Source: Cyanophora paradoxa CCMP329 (lineage: Eukaryota; Plantae; Glaucophyta). From it: a stretch of 64,000 bases of DNA. This document shows positions 12,031 through 24,094 of the stretch, in pieces (the first letter of the stretch is position 1; each line of letters starts with the position of its first letter). The position numbers were made by a program, and so were the translations under genes. Location: the NCBI GenBank assembly GCA_004431415.1, contig QPMI01000432.1, forward strand, positions 186,001 through 250,000, written 5' to 3'. The notes beneath the pieces were generated by a model that had not been told where the DNA came from, did no database searches, and saw nothing but the letters and a program-made list of their open reading frames with translations.

Positions 12031-13403
12031 ATGAATCGGGAGTGGCACGACCAGCACCCCAACCTCCGCACAGGATGGGCGGGGAAGAAGACGAAGACGA
12101 GTGCGTTCGATCCGCGGCTTCAGCTCGCGCCTGAAGCGCTCCAGAGGGCCGCGGGGCGCCGTGGGCCGGCCTTTCTCTTGCGTACGCTCGCTGACGCCGG
12201 GCGCAGTGCTCAGGAACCCGCTGCTCGTTGGCAAGCTCGTGCAGGCCGACATTGGGCGCGCGAAGCCGAGTGCGTGGCCCCACGTGCCTGACCAGGTCCA
12301 CGGAGTTACCACCCCCTACGGCGAGACCGCGGCCATGCGTGCGCCCCGGCGCCGCGCGACTGCCCCGCCGGCCCCGGCCGCCCCTGAGCCGGGGAGCGAG
12401 CGCAGTGATGCGCGAGCACCGCGGGGCGGAGACGCGCGCGATGATCCCGACGGGGCGCGACAAGATCCGCGACATGAAGAAGCTGAACGTGCTGGCGGTG
12501 TCCCAGGGGCGCGTCAACGCCCGGGAGCTCTACGAGCTGATGAAGGAGAAGGCGAAGGACCCGGCGACGCACCTGCACGACATCGACGCCGGCGCGGCGC
12601 CGGACTCGCGCATCCACACGAAGCGGGCGCCGATGGGGAGGAAGCTCCCGTCGGCCGCGGACCCGAACTTCGCGTACGGGACGCCCACGCCGGCGAGCGA
12701 GGGCGTGAAGGCCCTGTTGAGCACCGAGCACGCGGACCGCCTCATCGACAGGCTGGCGCGCGACGAGGAGAAGGCGTGTACCCCCGCTATCCTTCTACCC
12801 CCGCCCCTGCGCTTCTGATCCCGTATCCCCTCAGCGAGTCGCGAAGGAGGCGGCGAGGCCGGACCCGAAGAGGGAGACGCGGGGCCAGGCGGCGCGGCGG
12901 GAGGCCATCAAGGAGGCCGGGAAGCCGCCCCCGCCCGAGGACTTATCCAAGCTCGAGGAGTTCCTCCACGTAGAGTCCCGGCTGGTGCGTACCCCCATTT
13001 GTTTGAATTGCGGGGTACTGAATTGCGACCGGACGCCGCAGTTCCGCGCGCCCGAGCGGTACAAGCCGCCTCCGCGCCCCGCGTCCGCCCCCGCCCCGCC
13101 CCGGTCCCCGAGCGGCCCCGCCCGCGCCCGCACGCCGGCGGCAGCGCGGAGGGAGGCCCCGGCGGCCCAGAACCTGGCGGCCGCTGGCCCGAGGAGGGGC
13201 TCGGCGGCGGCGGCGCCCCGGCGGAGCGCAGGCCGAGGCCGGCAACCGCAGCGGCGCCGGCGTCCAGGGCCGCTGTGCACGCGCCGTGGGCGACGGCGGC
13301 GGCGGCGGAGCGGACGCCCGAGGCCCGATCAGCGGCGAAGACGCGGGCGATCAGCGCCTGGCTCGAGAGCGCCCGCGGCCCGGCCCCCAGCCCCTACATC
13401 TAG
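12031..13403 (+). CDS. CFAP77: CFAP77-like (DUF4483) flagellar microtubule inner protein
   Basis: LRTG...KT|MLRNPLLVGKLVQADIGRAKPS, RDMKKLNVLAVSQG, LPSAADPNFAYGTPTPASEGVKALLSTEH, LEEFLHVESR. Start and last exon are uncertain (apparent indel near 13175). Confidence 0.75.
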
Positions 13404-13450
13404 CCGTGTCTCTGCCGTATTATTGGATATATGATGGCCTGTATTTACAG

Positions 13451-14678
13451 CTACTCGCTGTCGTCGTCCTCGAAGAGGGGCCGCTGCCGGCGGGAGGGCG
13501 GCGGGACTCCCTGCGAGGCAACCGAGGGGGCCGAAGCCGGCGCCGCCGCCCCCTCCTCCCCCGAATCCTCCACCGGGTCGGCCGGGTCCTCCTTCCCGGG
13601 GGTACCCGCCGGCGCCGCACTGCCCCGCCCCCGCCTGCCCCGGCCCCGGCCCCTCTGCTCGCCGCCCGCCCCGAGCCGCGTCCGCGCCGCGGCCGGCGCC
13701 GCCCGCCGCCGCGTCTGCGCGGGCGAGGGCGAGTCCGCCGCGCTCTCCGACGAAACGTCGCTGTCGCTGCTGATGCTCCGCCGCCGCTTGCGGCCCCGCG
13801 CCGCGCCCCGCGCCCACGCCTCGGCGCCCTCGCCTCGCGCCCGCCCCGCCCGCGCTGCCCAGCGGGGTGAGCGGGGCGTGGAGGGGAGTGGAGAGGGGGG
13901 GAAGAGGACGGAGGCACCTTCGCAGGCTGCCCGCTTTGCGAGGGCCCGCTGGCCTGCGAGGGCGGCCCGCTGGCCTGCGAGGGCCGCTGGCCTCGTCCGA
14001 AGGCCCCGCGGCCGCCTTGCCCGCGCTCGAGCCCCTCCGCCCCGTCACCTCGCCCACCACCGCCGCCGCCGCCGCGATCCGCCGCCCGTCCAACGGTTCG
14101 GGCGGCCGCGGCGGCGGCGACACCGCCGCGCGCGCAACGGTCCGCGCGCGCGGCGCGCGCGTCTCCCCAGAGAGAAGGGCTTCGAGATCGACCGGCTCGT
14201 CCTCGTGGCTCCCGCGGCGGACTTCCAGGATTGGGGACGAAGGGGACTTGTCCTCGTCCCCGCTCGAGCTCTGTGTTGCAGCATCGTCGTCGCTGTGTTG
14301 CTGCGCCCGGGAGCTCGGGCCGGGCTGCGAGCTCGGCCCCGCTCTCGGCTCCGCGCTCGGTGTCGACGTCTGCCGCGGCCGCGCTGGACGCCACGCGCGC
14401 TGGGACTTCTCGGGCGTGTGCGCGGTGGCCACCTCCAGCAGTTCCGAGCCCTGGCTCCTCGCGTCTTCATCGTCCGAGGGAGCGGTCGCGGGTGCTGCTT
14501 GAGAAGCTGGCGCAGGCTGGGAAGGGGGCGCCGCAGAAGCAGGCGAAGGCTCGGGCGGTCGTTGCGGTTGCTGCTCGCCTTCTGCGGGCGCTTGGCTGGC
14601 GAACTGCGACTGTACGTGCCTTCTCCGGCGGGTCGGCGCGAGGAGAATGTTCAGAACTGCGTCCGCGACCGACGCCAT
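13451..14678 (-). CDS. Hypothetical low-complexity (Pro/Ser/Ala/acidic) protein
   Basis: Long ORF MASVADAVLNILLAPTRRRRH..., one probable intron near 13860-13915, ends PLFEDDDSE*. Confidence 0.55.
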
Positions 14679-15251
14679 CGCGCGTGCCGCTGTTACGCCT
14701 CGAGCTCGTTGCACCTCGCGCTTGCGAATAGGCGATGCGGGCCTGTCTGGCTGAAGTCAGGCGGCCCGCCAAACGCGTATCCCCCGCTAGACCGCTCGCT
14801 CTTCGCCAAACCGGTGCATCTCGTGCTGATTCGCGTGTGTTCGTTAGCTACGTGTCACCGGCGAGCTGTCGCATGCCGCGGAGGCCCCCAATTGCCGGCC
14901 GCGGCTGAGCCGCCGAGCGCTCCCGCTCCGCCGACTCGACGCGCTCGAATGTCGCTGACTTCGCTTCTGCTACGCGCAGAAGCTTCGTTTGAGCAGCAGA
15001 GGCTCGTCCCCGAGGAGCGCCGTGCTGGTTCGCCGCCCTGAGCGCGCTTGCGCCGCACGAACACGAACCAGTCCGCTGACGGAGCACGCCAGCCAAACGC
15101 AGTCATCCGGTCATTTTTCAGCGCCGTATCGCTCAAAACCGCCGACCGCTCCAGAGACAAGCGACCTTGGTCAGCGCGCGCGCCGCCGCCGCCGCCGCCC
15201 GTCGCGCCGCGCCTGAGCGCGTTGTGCGCAGGCCGCGGGCCGCAGCGCAAG

Positions 15252-15434
15252 ATGGGGTTCATCAGCTCGATGATCGGCGGGGCGATGGGCGCGGCGCTCG
15301 TCGTGTACGTGGCGCGGAACAGGGAGGGCGCCGTCTCAGAGGAAACGCGCGAGGCGGGCACGCGGGCTAAGGAAGCCGCGAAGGAGCTGGCCAAGGCGGT
15401 CTTCCGGGACATCCGCAGGCTCGCCCGCCGGTGA
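15252..15434 (+). CDS. 60-aa small protein with N-terminal Gly-rich membrane anchor and amphipathic helix
   Basis: MGFISSMIGGAMGAALVVYVARNREG...AKEAAKELAKAVFRDIRRLARR*; GC3-rich codons like the neighbouring genes. Confidence 0.6.
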   Translation: MGFISSMIGGAMGAALVVYVARNREGAVSEETREAGTRAKEAAKELAKAVFRDIRRLARR

Positions 15435-15744
15435 CCGGCCCGGCGGCCCCCGCTGCCTGCGGCGAGGCGCGAAGCGCACCGGCGCCGTCACATGCGTTTC
15501 TCCTTTCCCCTTTGCCAAGTTGATTTCCAGCCTCCGAGCTGCATGCAGAGCTCTCTGCAGATCGGACTCCGATCCCCTAGCTCTATCCCCAGCCGTTCAA
15601 CGGTGTCGCATCTCATCTCATCGCTCCATTTCTAGCCTAGTGCTTTACACATTCGATACATCTGCTGCGCAACGCTATTTACACGGAAAGAAGAAAAGGC
15701 TGCGCCAGGCTACGGCCCGGCCAGGCCAGGGCCAGCCGGCGGGG

Positions 15745-16992
15745 CTACGCGGGGATGGGGCGGAAGGGCCCGGCCTCGCGGTAGCACTGCTGTAGGGCCT
15801 CCTGGATCTCGGCCCCCGTGTTCATCACGAAGGGGCCCCGCTGCACCACCGGCTCCCGGATCGGCTCCCCGTCGCACATGAACACGCGCAGCGGGCCTGC
15901 GGGGACCGCGCGGATCAGATCAGATCAGATCGGATTCGGATGGGATCAGATCGGATCGGATCCGAGCTCACCGGAGGGCCCGGCGGTGAGGGAGATCGTG
16001 GACGGCCCGGGGCCGCCGCCCTTCAGGGGCCCGAAGACCAGGACGGAGCCGGGGGAGATGGGCCGCCGGTCGGCGCCCGCCTGCCCCGCGCCCTCCACCT
16101 GCCCGCAGCAGTTAAATGCAGAGCCTCGCCGGCCGCGAGTCGCGGGCTCGGTCGGAGGCGCACGACATAGAGGAAGGCGTTGTGGGAGGCCGGGAGGTCG
16201 TGCACGAAGCGGGCCCCGGGGGCGAGGCTCACGTCCAGCGCCGTCACGGGTATGAATGTCTTCGTGGGCGAGGCGACGCCGTTGGAGCGGCCCATGATCA
16301 CGCGGGCCTCCACGCCCGGGGCCCGCACCGCCGGCATCCCCGCCTTCCGCACGTCCTGGTACCTAAGGCCGCGGGGTCAGAAAGGGTCTTCTGATCCTTC
16401 GGATTCGAGGCGCGCCTGCTCTCGGTGAGCTTGTGGGCCTTGGGGAGGTTGAGCCAGAGCTGCAGGAAGTGGCAGGCGCCGGGCCCGTGGGGCATCTCGC
16501 GGTGCACGATGCCGCTCCCCGCCGTCATGACCTGCACGTCGCCCTCCCGCAGCACGCCCTTGTTCCCCCGGTTGTCCGCGTGCTCGGCCTCGCCCTCCAG
16601 GACCAGAGTGACCTGCCAGAGGGGTCGTCGGCGCCGGCGGGCGGTCCGGCGCGGCCGCTCGAGCTCGGAGAGCGGCGCCGCGTCGCGTTCGTGCGCACCG
16701 TCTCGAAGCCCTTGTGCGGGTGGTCCTCAAAGCCGCCGCCCGCCCGGATCCAGTCCTGCGCGCCGGGTGCAGAAGTGTCAGCAAAACGCACAGCTGGAGC
16801 GCGCGCTAAGCTAGCGCTATGCGCGTGTTGCGCCGCGGCCGAGGCGCCGGCGCGCACCTCGGCCATCATCAGGAACGGGTCGTGGAGCTCCCATTGGCCT
16901 GGCATCAAGATGATGTTCTTTTTGAACGCCTGTACGCCGTCGGGGATCTCTTGCGCCTTGCTCTCGTGCGTCGCCACACGCTCCGCCGCCAT
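15745..16992 (-). CDS. Pirin family protein (bicupin), spliced
   Basis: DPFLMMAE|DW, FEDHPHKGFET|VT, GDVQVMTAGSGIVHREMP, LQLWLNLP, GEPIREPVVQRGPFVMNT. Confidence 0.93.
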
Positions 16993-17501
16993 CGTCGTAC
17001 TGGTCCGAGGTTTGGGCGGCACGTACAGGCTATACTGGTCGCTTCTGTGCTACGTACACGGGCGAGAAGCTGCCGCACTGGTTGAGCGGCGCTGCCTGGT
17101 CGGACTGAGGCCGGGCTGCGGCGAGAACCGGAGCCCGTTCTACCGTATCGCGCTGCCGATGCAGCGGGCGTGTTTGATGCAGAGTGCGCGTTCGCGGAAA
17201 CGCGTCGAGCAGCTCAGGCGGCAGAACTCCGTCGTTTACGTAACTCCGACGTCTCGCTTCTTCCCCCCCCCCACCGCTCTTCGCAACGTACCCCGTCCAC
17301 GTTTCGCCCCCCTGACCGGTACCTTCGGCTCGCCGCTTCCGCTTCGAGCGCGAGCAGCGTTTCCGAAGCGTAGTGCGAATGCTGGGCTCGCCGGCGGCTG
17401 GGGGGGAGCTCGAGCTCCCCCCTTCACAGGGGGCGTTCCTTTCCCCTACAGCGGCCCCTGAGCGCGGCGGGGAAGATAGCTCAGAGACAATCAGCGATCC
17501 T

Positions 17502-20500
17502 ATGGCAGACGACGACGACGACGGGCCTGTGACTCTCGACCCAGCTGCTGAGCCAGCGCTCCCCTCCACACTTCCTCCGGCCGCGCACGAGGTCGAGCTC
17601 GCCGACGTGGATGCACAGCCAGGTACGTGAAAATGCGAAGGGCAGAGCTCCCCGGGGTCCCCGTTTTTCGCGGGATCAATTTACGCTCGCCTGATAACAT
17701 TCGCCTGGCAGTGCGCGAAGTCGTCGTGCCTGGCAGACACGAGTGCACTCTCTGCAAACAACAATACAACCTCTCTGGGCAGGCGAGCATACGCAATGGC
17801 CGCTGTCGAGATGCGCCGCTGACACCGAAACCCCTCCAGCTCCTCCTGGGCTGCTCCCACCTGGTTTGCCACACCTGTCTTTCGCACTCGATCCTACGCG
17901 AACAGGACCAGGCGAGCCCTTGATTTTTATCGAATCCAGCGGCGCCGGTCCTCGCCAGCCCGCGTTGCTGACACCGGCTGCAGCTCGCGTTCCGCAGCAC
18001 CCTGCTTTCCTGCCCCATCCCTCAGTGCAGACGCAACCTCAGCTACCAGGAGATCGAGAGAGCAATGTCGGCCGAGCTCCTGGCGAACGTTGCCAACACG
18101 GCGGTCCCGAGAGAGGCTGTCGACGCCGAGGTGCCACGCCCTCGCGTCCTCGCTCTGAAAGGAGCCAGGGCTTAGTCTGGCATCGGCAGGCGGGGACCGT
18201 GTGCGCCTTATGCCAGGAGACAACCATGAAGGATGACCTCTTCACCGAGGGGGTCTGCTTCCACTCCTTCTGCAAGAAGTGCACGGCCCGCCACATTGAA
18301 GTCCAGGTGCGGCGGGGCCGCCCCCTGCGGCACACGACGCCGCTGAGCCGCCGAGCCGCCGCTGCAGGCCGCGAACTACCCGCTGTACCGCATCCCCTGT
18401 CCTGGCGCGGGCTGCCAGCACGTGATGAACCTGCACGACGCGGGGCGCGTGCGGCAGCACCTCCCGCCCGGCCTCTTCGAGCGAATCGAGCGGGTCTTCA
18501 TGGATCGGTACCCCTTCCTCCGGGGGCCGAGCTACGCGGTCGTCCGGCCGGCGCCGCGGGCCCAGCCGCTGGCGGAGGCCAGGCCCGGGGAGCAGCAGGC
18601 GCCCGGGGAGCAGGAGATGCTAGAGCGGCGGGAGCGAATACGGGAGGAGCGGATGCGGCAGGAGCGGATGCGGCTGGGCCTCGAGGCCGAGGAAGCGGAG
18701 ATGCGCGCGATGCTCGAGGGCGGTCCCCGCCGCTACGGGTACGGCTACGGCCACGGCTACGGCTACGGCGCGCAGGAAGGGGCCGCCCGCGAAGACGCGC
18801 TGCGGGACGGGCCGACGCTGGCCGGCGTGCCGCGGGCGGCGCGGCTGGCGCGGGGGCGGGAGCTGCGCGCCGAGCTGGACGACATGCGCGAAGCCGAGCG
18901 GGAGCTCCGCGACGCCCAGCGCACCCTCGCCCGCGCCTCGGTGCCCGCGCCCCGCGCGCCTGCTCCGGCCCCGGGACCGCTGACAGCTCCGCGCGAACAG
19001 ATGAGCCTCTCTCTGCGGCAGGAGGCCATTGCCCGAACGGTGAACCTCCTCGAGGCCGAGCTACCCGCCCCAGTGCGGCCGCGCCCTCCCGCCCCGCCCC
19101 CTCGACGCGCCCCACCGACGCCGCCGGCCAGGGCGTGCAAGACCAGACGATCTGCCCGCTGTGCCGGTCGGGCCGGAGCAGCATGCGGCGCGCCTGCTGC
19201 GGAGCCGTGCTCTGCGTGGCGTGCGCGGGGCGCCAGATACACAGGCCGTGCATCTGCGGCGCTCACGGGGCCCTCGAGCCCCTCACGCCGCTCCCGCGCC
19301 GCCCCGAGAACGATGCCGAGGCGCCGCCGCCCCTCCCCCCCCTCCAGAGACGGCACGCGGTGCGCGGCAGCCCGCGACCACGCCCCCTCCCCGCGCTCGC
19401 GTGCGCGCGCGCGCTGACCCGCGCCGCGGCCGGCAGCTGATGGAGCAGCTGCTCATGGAGGCGGAGCAGGGGTACCGCGAGGAGCTGCGCGCCGGCCGCG
19501 CGGCCGTGCGGCCCTTCGTCGCTGGGAAGTCCAGCGCGTGGCTGCCCAGCTCCCGCGGGCCGCGCCGCCCGCCCCGACAGCCGGCGCGGCGGGGCCCAGC
19601 GGAGGCCGCGCGCCCGTCCCGGGCTTCCACATCGGTGTCCCGCCGCGAACGGGCCCGTTCGCCCGCGCCCCCGGCCCGTTCGCCCCTCCGGCGCCCTACT
19701 GGCCCTTCGGGCCGCGCGGAGCGCCGCCGGTCGCCGCGGCGCAGCCGGACGCGGAGATGCTCCCGAGCTTTGTAGTCCCGGAGGAGCCCGCCCCGGGCCC
19801 CGCCGCCCCCCGCCGCCCTCTTCCTCCTCCTCGCAGCCCTCCGCCTCGTCCTCCTCTTCCTCCTCGTCGGCGCCGGCGCCGGCGCCGGCGGCTACTGCGG
19901 CCGGGCCGGCCCAGGGCGCGGCGCAGCGGGCGCGGCAGCTGGCAGAGGCTGCGCGCCGCGGCGTCGCGGACCTCCACGCGGCGCTGCAGCTGCAGGCGCC
20001 GCCCGCGGCCGCGGCCGGGGAGCACGCGAGGGAGGGGCGTGCGAACCCGTGGCGGGGGCGCATCATGGGGCGGCCCCGCGCCGTCGTCGACCTGGACGAG
20101 GAGGACGATCTCTTCGAGGAGGACGAGGAGGAGGTACACTGCCGCGCTCAGTTGATTTGGAAGCACGATCTGACGAACTTTCGGTGCAGGACGTGGACAT
20201 CATGATGTACCGCCACTTCGCCCCGCGCGCCCGCCTCGGCCGGCACCACCACCTCTACGACCCGTACGGCGGCTTCCCGGGCCAAGCCGTCCCCGGGCCG
20301 TGCGCCGCCCCCCTCCCTCCCCGCCGGCGCCCGCTTCGATTCCCGACGCCCCGGCCGCCCCGGCAGGTACGGCCCTCGCCAGAACCTGCGCTGCTTCCAA
20401 GAGGAGTTCGTGCCGGTGCGCCACGGGATCTCCTCGGGCCGCGCGCGGGGCCGCGCGAGCGCTATCGCGCGCCCCCGTCCAGACTTCGGCTGAGGCCGCG

Positions 20501-21294
20501 CCCCCGGGCCCGCCCTCGCGCGCAGGGCCGTTCGCGCACGTACGACGAGCTGCTGGACAACAGTCTCCCCCAGCAGCAGGAGGCAGGAGCCGCCCCGGAG
20601 AACGGTCCCCCTCAGCCCCCCGTGCGCGCCCCCCCAATCCCTCTCGACCCGGGGCCTCCCGCTCGCCTCACAGGGCCGGGGGTACGTGCGCAGGGGCACC
20701 CGCAGGGCGAGGCGGGCGCGCGCGCGGGTGAGCCGCCGGCCGCTGCGGGGCCCGCCCCAGCGGCGGGTCCGAGCTCGAGCTCGAGCCAAGCAAAGTGCGC
20801 GGCCTGTGGGGCTGCGGTGCGCGGGCCCCGCCCCCACGGCTTGAGCCCCGCGCGTCTTGATCCTGTCCATGTGGCGCGGCCCGTGCGCGCGCAGGGGCAC
20901 GAGGGGGAGAGCTGCGAGCAGGCGCGCCAGCGGCGGGAGCAGATCGAGGCGAACATTCGGGCGAACATGGAGTTCCTGAACAGGGCGAAACGGTGCCCGG
21001 AGTGCAGGACGCCCTGCGAGCGCATCTCCGGCTGCAACCACGTCCGCTGCGCGCGGTGCGCGCGCGTCGCGCGCGGCGCACGGGTTATCCAAGCGCTCTA
21101 GATCGCTGATCCGAAGCTTCCCCCGCGCGCGCAGGTGCGATATGCACTGGTGCTACGAGTGCGGCCGGGCCTGGGGCCGCTCGGATACGCGTGGCCTCGG
21201 GGGGCGGGCGCCGAGGGAGCTTCACAATCCGGACTGCCCCGCGGTTGCGGGCCTCCCGGCCGCGGGCGGCCCCGGTAACGTTCTCCGCCGCTGA
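17502..21294 (+). CDS. RBR-type (Ariadne-like) E3 ubiquitin ligase with extra RING-like fingers and long inserts
   Basis: CTLC...CSHLVCHTC...CPIPQC; CALC...CFHSFCKKC...CPGAGC; CPLC...CCGAVLCVAC; half-IBR CAACGAA|GHEGESC; RING2 KRCPECRTPCERISGCNHVRCAR|CDMHWCYEC. Two apparent indels near 19500 and 19805. Confidence 0.8.
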
Positions 21295-21658
21295 TCCTTC
21301 AAGCATGGCCTGGCGCTAGTAGCGCTAGTACCAGCGCTCGCCCCCCGCCCAGCTCTCCCCGGCCCCCAGTTCCCTGCCTATGTACAGTGTAAGCTCAAAA
21401 CCTCACCTCCGTACGCGTGCCGTCGACGTCGGCCGTGTTAGCTTGTCCGCATTGGGGGCAGGAGTTTGGGGGGTCAAAGGGCTAGCCGGGTACGGGGAGG
21501 CCGGCGAGAGCTCCGCCTCGGCGTCACCTGCCATCGTCGAGAGCAATAAAGATCGCTTCGCGTCGCACGTAGCGCGGGGTGGAGGCGTCATCCGCGGTCC
21601 GAACCAGCACAGCGCCGTCCCGACGTTGGACGGCCACGTGCAAGGCCGGTTCGCGAGG

Positions 21659-23995
21659 ATGTCTCATCTCCTCGCTGCGTTTGCGGGGCCCCCCATCACT
21701 GGAGGGCCTGAGGTGGACGCCCGGCTCGGGGCTCTCTTGAGCTTGTCGTTCGACGCGCCGCTCCTCGCTCCCGTCGCATATGCTTGCCCGTCGGACCCGG
21801 ACAGGCTCCAGCGCGAGGTCGAGCGGCAACGGCACCTCTATCCGAGCTCCGGCCACACCAGCCTTCGGCCTGCAGCAGCAGAGCTGTCAGCTAGTCATCG
21901 AGCCCTGCAGAGTAGCAGCTCGCGGTTCCAGCCCGCGATCTGCTGGTCTCCCGCCTGCGTGTTCGTCCCCTCAGTGATCCCAGCGGGAGGCGCGGCGCTC
22001 GGGCGGCGTGCCCCAGCAGCGTCCCGATCAAGCGCTATGCGCGCCTACAGCTCGTGTGCAGCGGCAAGCGTAGCGCGGCTCAACCTGCTCCGGAGGATGG
22101 ACGCCGGGTTCCTCAGCCTCGTCGAGCGGCAGCTGCGCCTCTCGCTGCGGGAGCTCGAGGACATAGCGGACGGCCGGAGCGGCGTCTTCGCGGACTTCGT
22201 CCAGGGCGGCGACTACTCGGGGAGCAAAGCCTCGGATAAGCCCGCGTCGGAGGAGGTTCGCCCCCAGCGGCCCCGCACTCTCGCCTGCGTCTCCCTCGCG
22301 GACCCTGACGGCCCGCGGCAGGCGCAAGAAGGCGCGGCGAGCGAGGAGGCCGGGGAGGAAGGAGCCCCGGAGGTTCGAGTGCAGCCGGTGCCGTACAGTC
22401 AGATCATCAGGAGACCGCCGGAGGTCCGGCGCCGCCGCCGGTTCTGGCACCTCCTGTGGGCCCGCCTGCGACTCAAGCTCCCGCCGAAGCTGCGGACTCT
22501 CGTAGAGGTGCGCCGCCGCGCGGGCCGGACCGTCTGCGCCCGAGCGAGAAGCCCGCGTGCTGACAGAGCGTCTTCGCGCAGAGCATCTTTGCGAAGCTGA
22601 AGAAGCCGGCGGTGCTCGCCGTGGCGAGCGTCTTCGCCGTTCTCATGACGCTTGAAGCGTTCTCGTTCCTCCCGGGGGCCCACGTCCGCAAGAACTTCGC
22701 CATCTTCGAGCAGGCGCGCCGCTCCTTTCCTCCCTTTCCCTTCCTTTTCTGAGGCGTCCCGCAGGTCTACGAGGACGTGTACAAGGGGTACGTGGACCCC
22801 GTGGACCCCACGAAACTCATGCAAGTGGGCATCGAGGGTGCGCGCGGCCGGGGCCGGCTATGCTCGGGATGGGCGCCGGCTGAGGGGCGCGCGCGGCAGG
22901 GATGCTGGGGAGCCTGGACCCGTACACCACCTTCATAGACGAGGCGAACACGGAGGAGCTGGGCGTCTTAACGTGCGCGCCGGCCCCGCACGCCCTGCGC
23001 CTCCGCCGCCGCTGTCCTCACGGGCGGGCGACAGGCACGGGCGGTACGGCGGCGTCGGCATCACGATAGGGGAGAGCGAGGGCCGGACGATGGTCTTCGG
23101 TACCCTGGACGGCTACAGGCGAGCCCCGCCCCGCCCCGCCCCGGCCCGCCTGCCCCGCTTCCCCCTGACCTGACGCGGCGGTCGCGCAGCGCCTTCGAGA
23201 AGGGCGTGCGGGCGGGCGACCGGATCACGCACGTGGGCAAGACCTCCGTCGAGGGGCTCTCTATCACCGAGGCGCGCGAGCGGCCCCCGCCCTTCTCAGC
23301 CACCGCCCTCCGCCCTGACGGACGGCGCCCCCACCCCGCGCGCGCGCAGGTTCGGAACATGCTGCGGGGCGACCCCGGAAGCACCGTCAGCATCACCTTC
23401 GAGCGGCTCACGAGCAAGCGCGCCCGCGTTCTATTCTCTACCACCCCGCCCCGCCATCGATTGCCTAACGTTAGGCGCCGGCAGGAACGGGGCGGTAGTG
23501 CCCGTGCGGAAGAAGGCGGAGCTGTTGCGGGCGCGCGTGCAGCTGAAGAACGTGACGTACGCCGGCTTCCTCGACGACGACGCGGCCCGCGGCATCGGCT
23601 ACGTCCGCGTGGACCGCTTCGCGAGCCAGGCGGGGGAGGAGGTGCGGGAGGCGCTGCGGGCCATGGAGGCCAAGGGCAAGCTGCGGGGCCTCATCATCGA
23701 CGTGCGGGGCAACCCCGGCGGGCTACTGGAGGCGGCGGTGGACGTCGCCTCGAGCTTCCTCCCGCGCGGCTCGGTGGTCGTCTCCACGCGGGGCCGCCTC
23801 CCCGAGTCCCGGCGCGTCTACCGCAGCCGGCGGGCCCCGACGCTCCCGGACGTGCCCCTCGTCGTCCTCACGAACGCCGAGTCGGCCTCGGCGTCGGAGA
23901 TCATCGCGGGGGCGGTGCAGGACCTGGACCGCGGCGTCGTCGTCGGGGAGCGGACCTTCGGGAAGGGCCTCATCCAGAAGATCAAGTTCCTCCCT
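21659..23995 (+). CDS. S41A C-terminal processing protease (CtpA/Prc-like, PDZ), 3' end apparently clipped
   Basis: YVDPVDPTKLM..GIE|GMLGSLDPYT, GRYGGVGI, AGDRI, DVRGNPGGLL, SASASEIIAGAVQDLDRG (catalytic Ser), TFGKGLIQ (catalytic Lys). The expected KYYTPSG/GIxPD segment is not found downstream. Confidence 0.85.
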
Positions 23996-24041
23996 AGAGC
24001 TCGATTTGTGCAAATGACTAGAGCTCGATTTGTGCAAATGA
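23994..24041. repeat. 24-bp tandem duplication CTAGAGCTCGATTTGTGCAAATGA at the point where the protease gene breaks off
   Basis: Exact copies at 23994-24017 and 24018-24041. Confidence 0.9.
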
Positions 24042-24094
24042 CTTTGAGGTTCGCCCGGAAACGGGTACCGGTCTTCCTAAATTTGATTTCCCCC

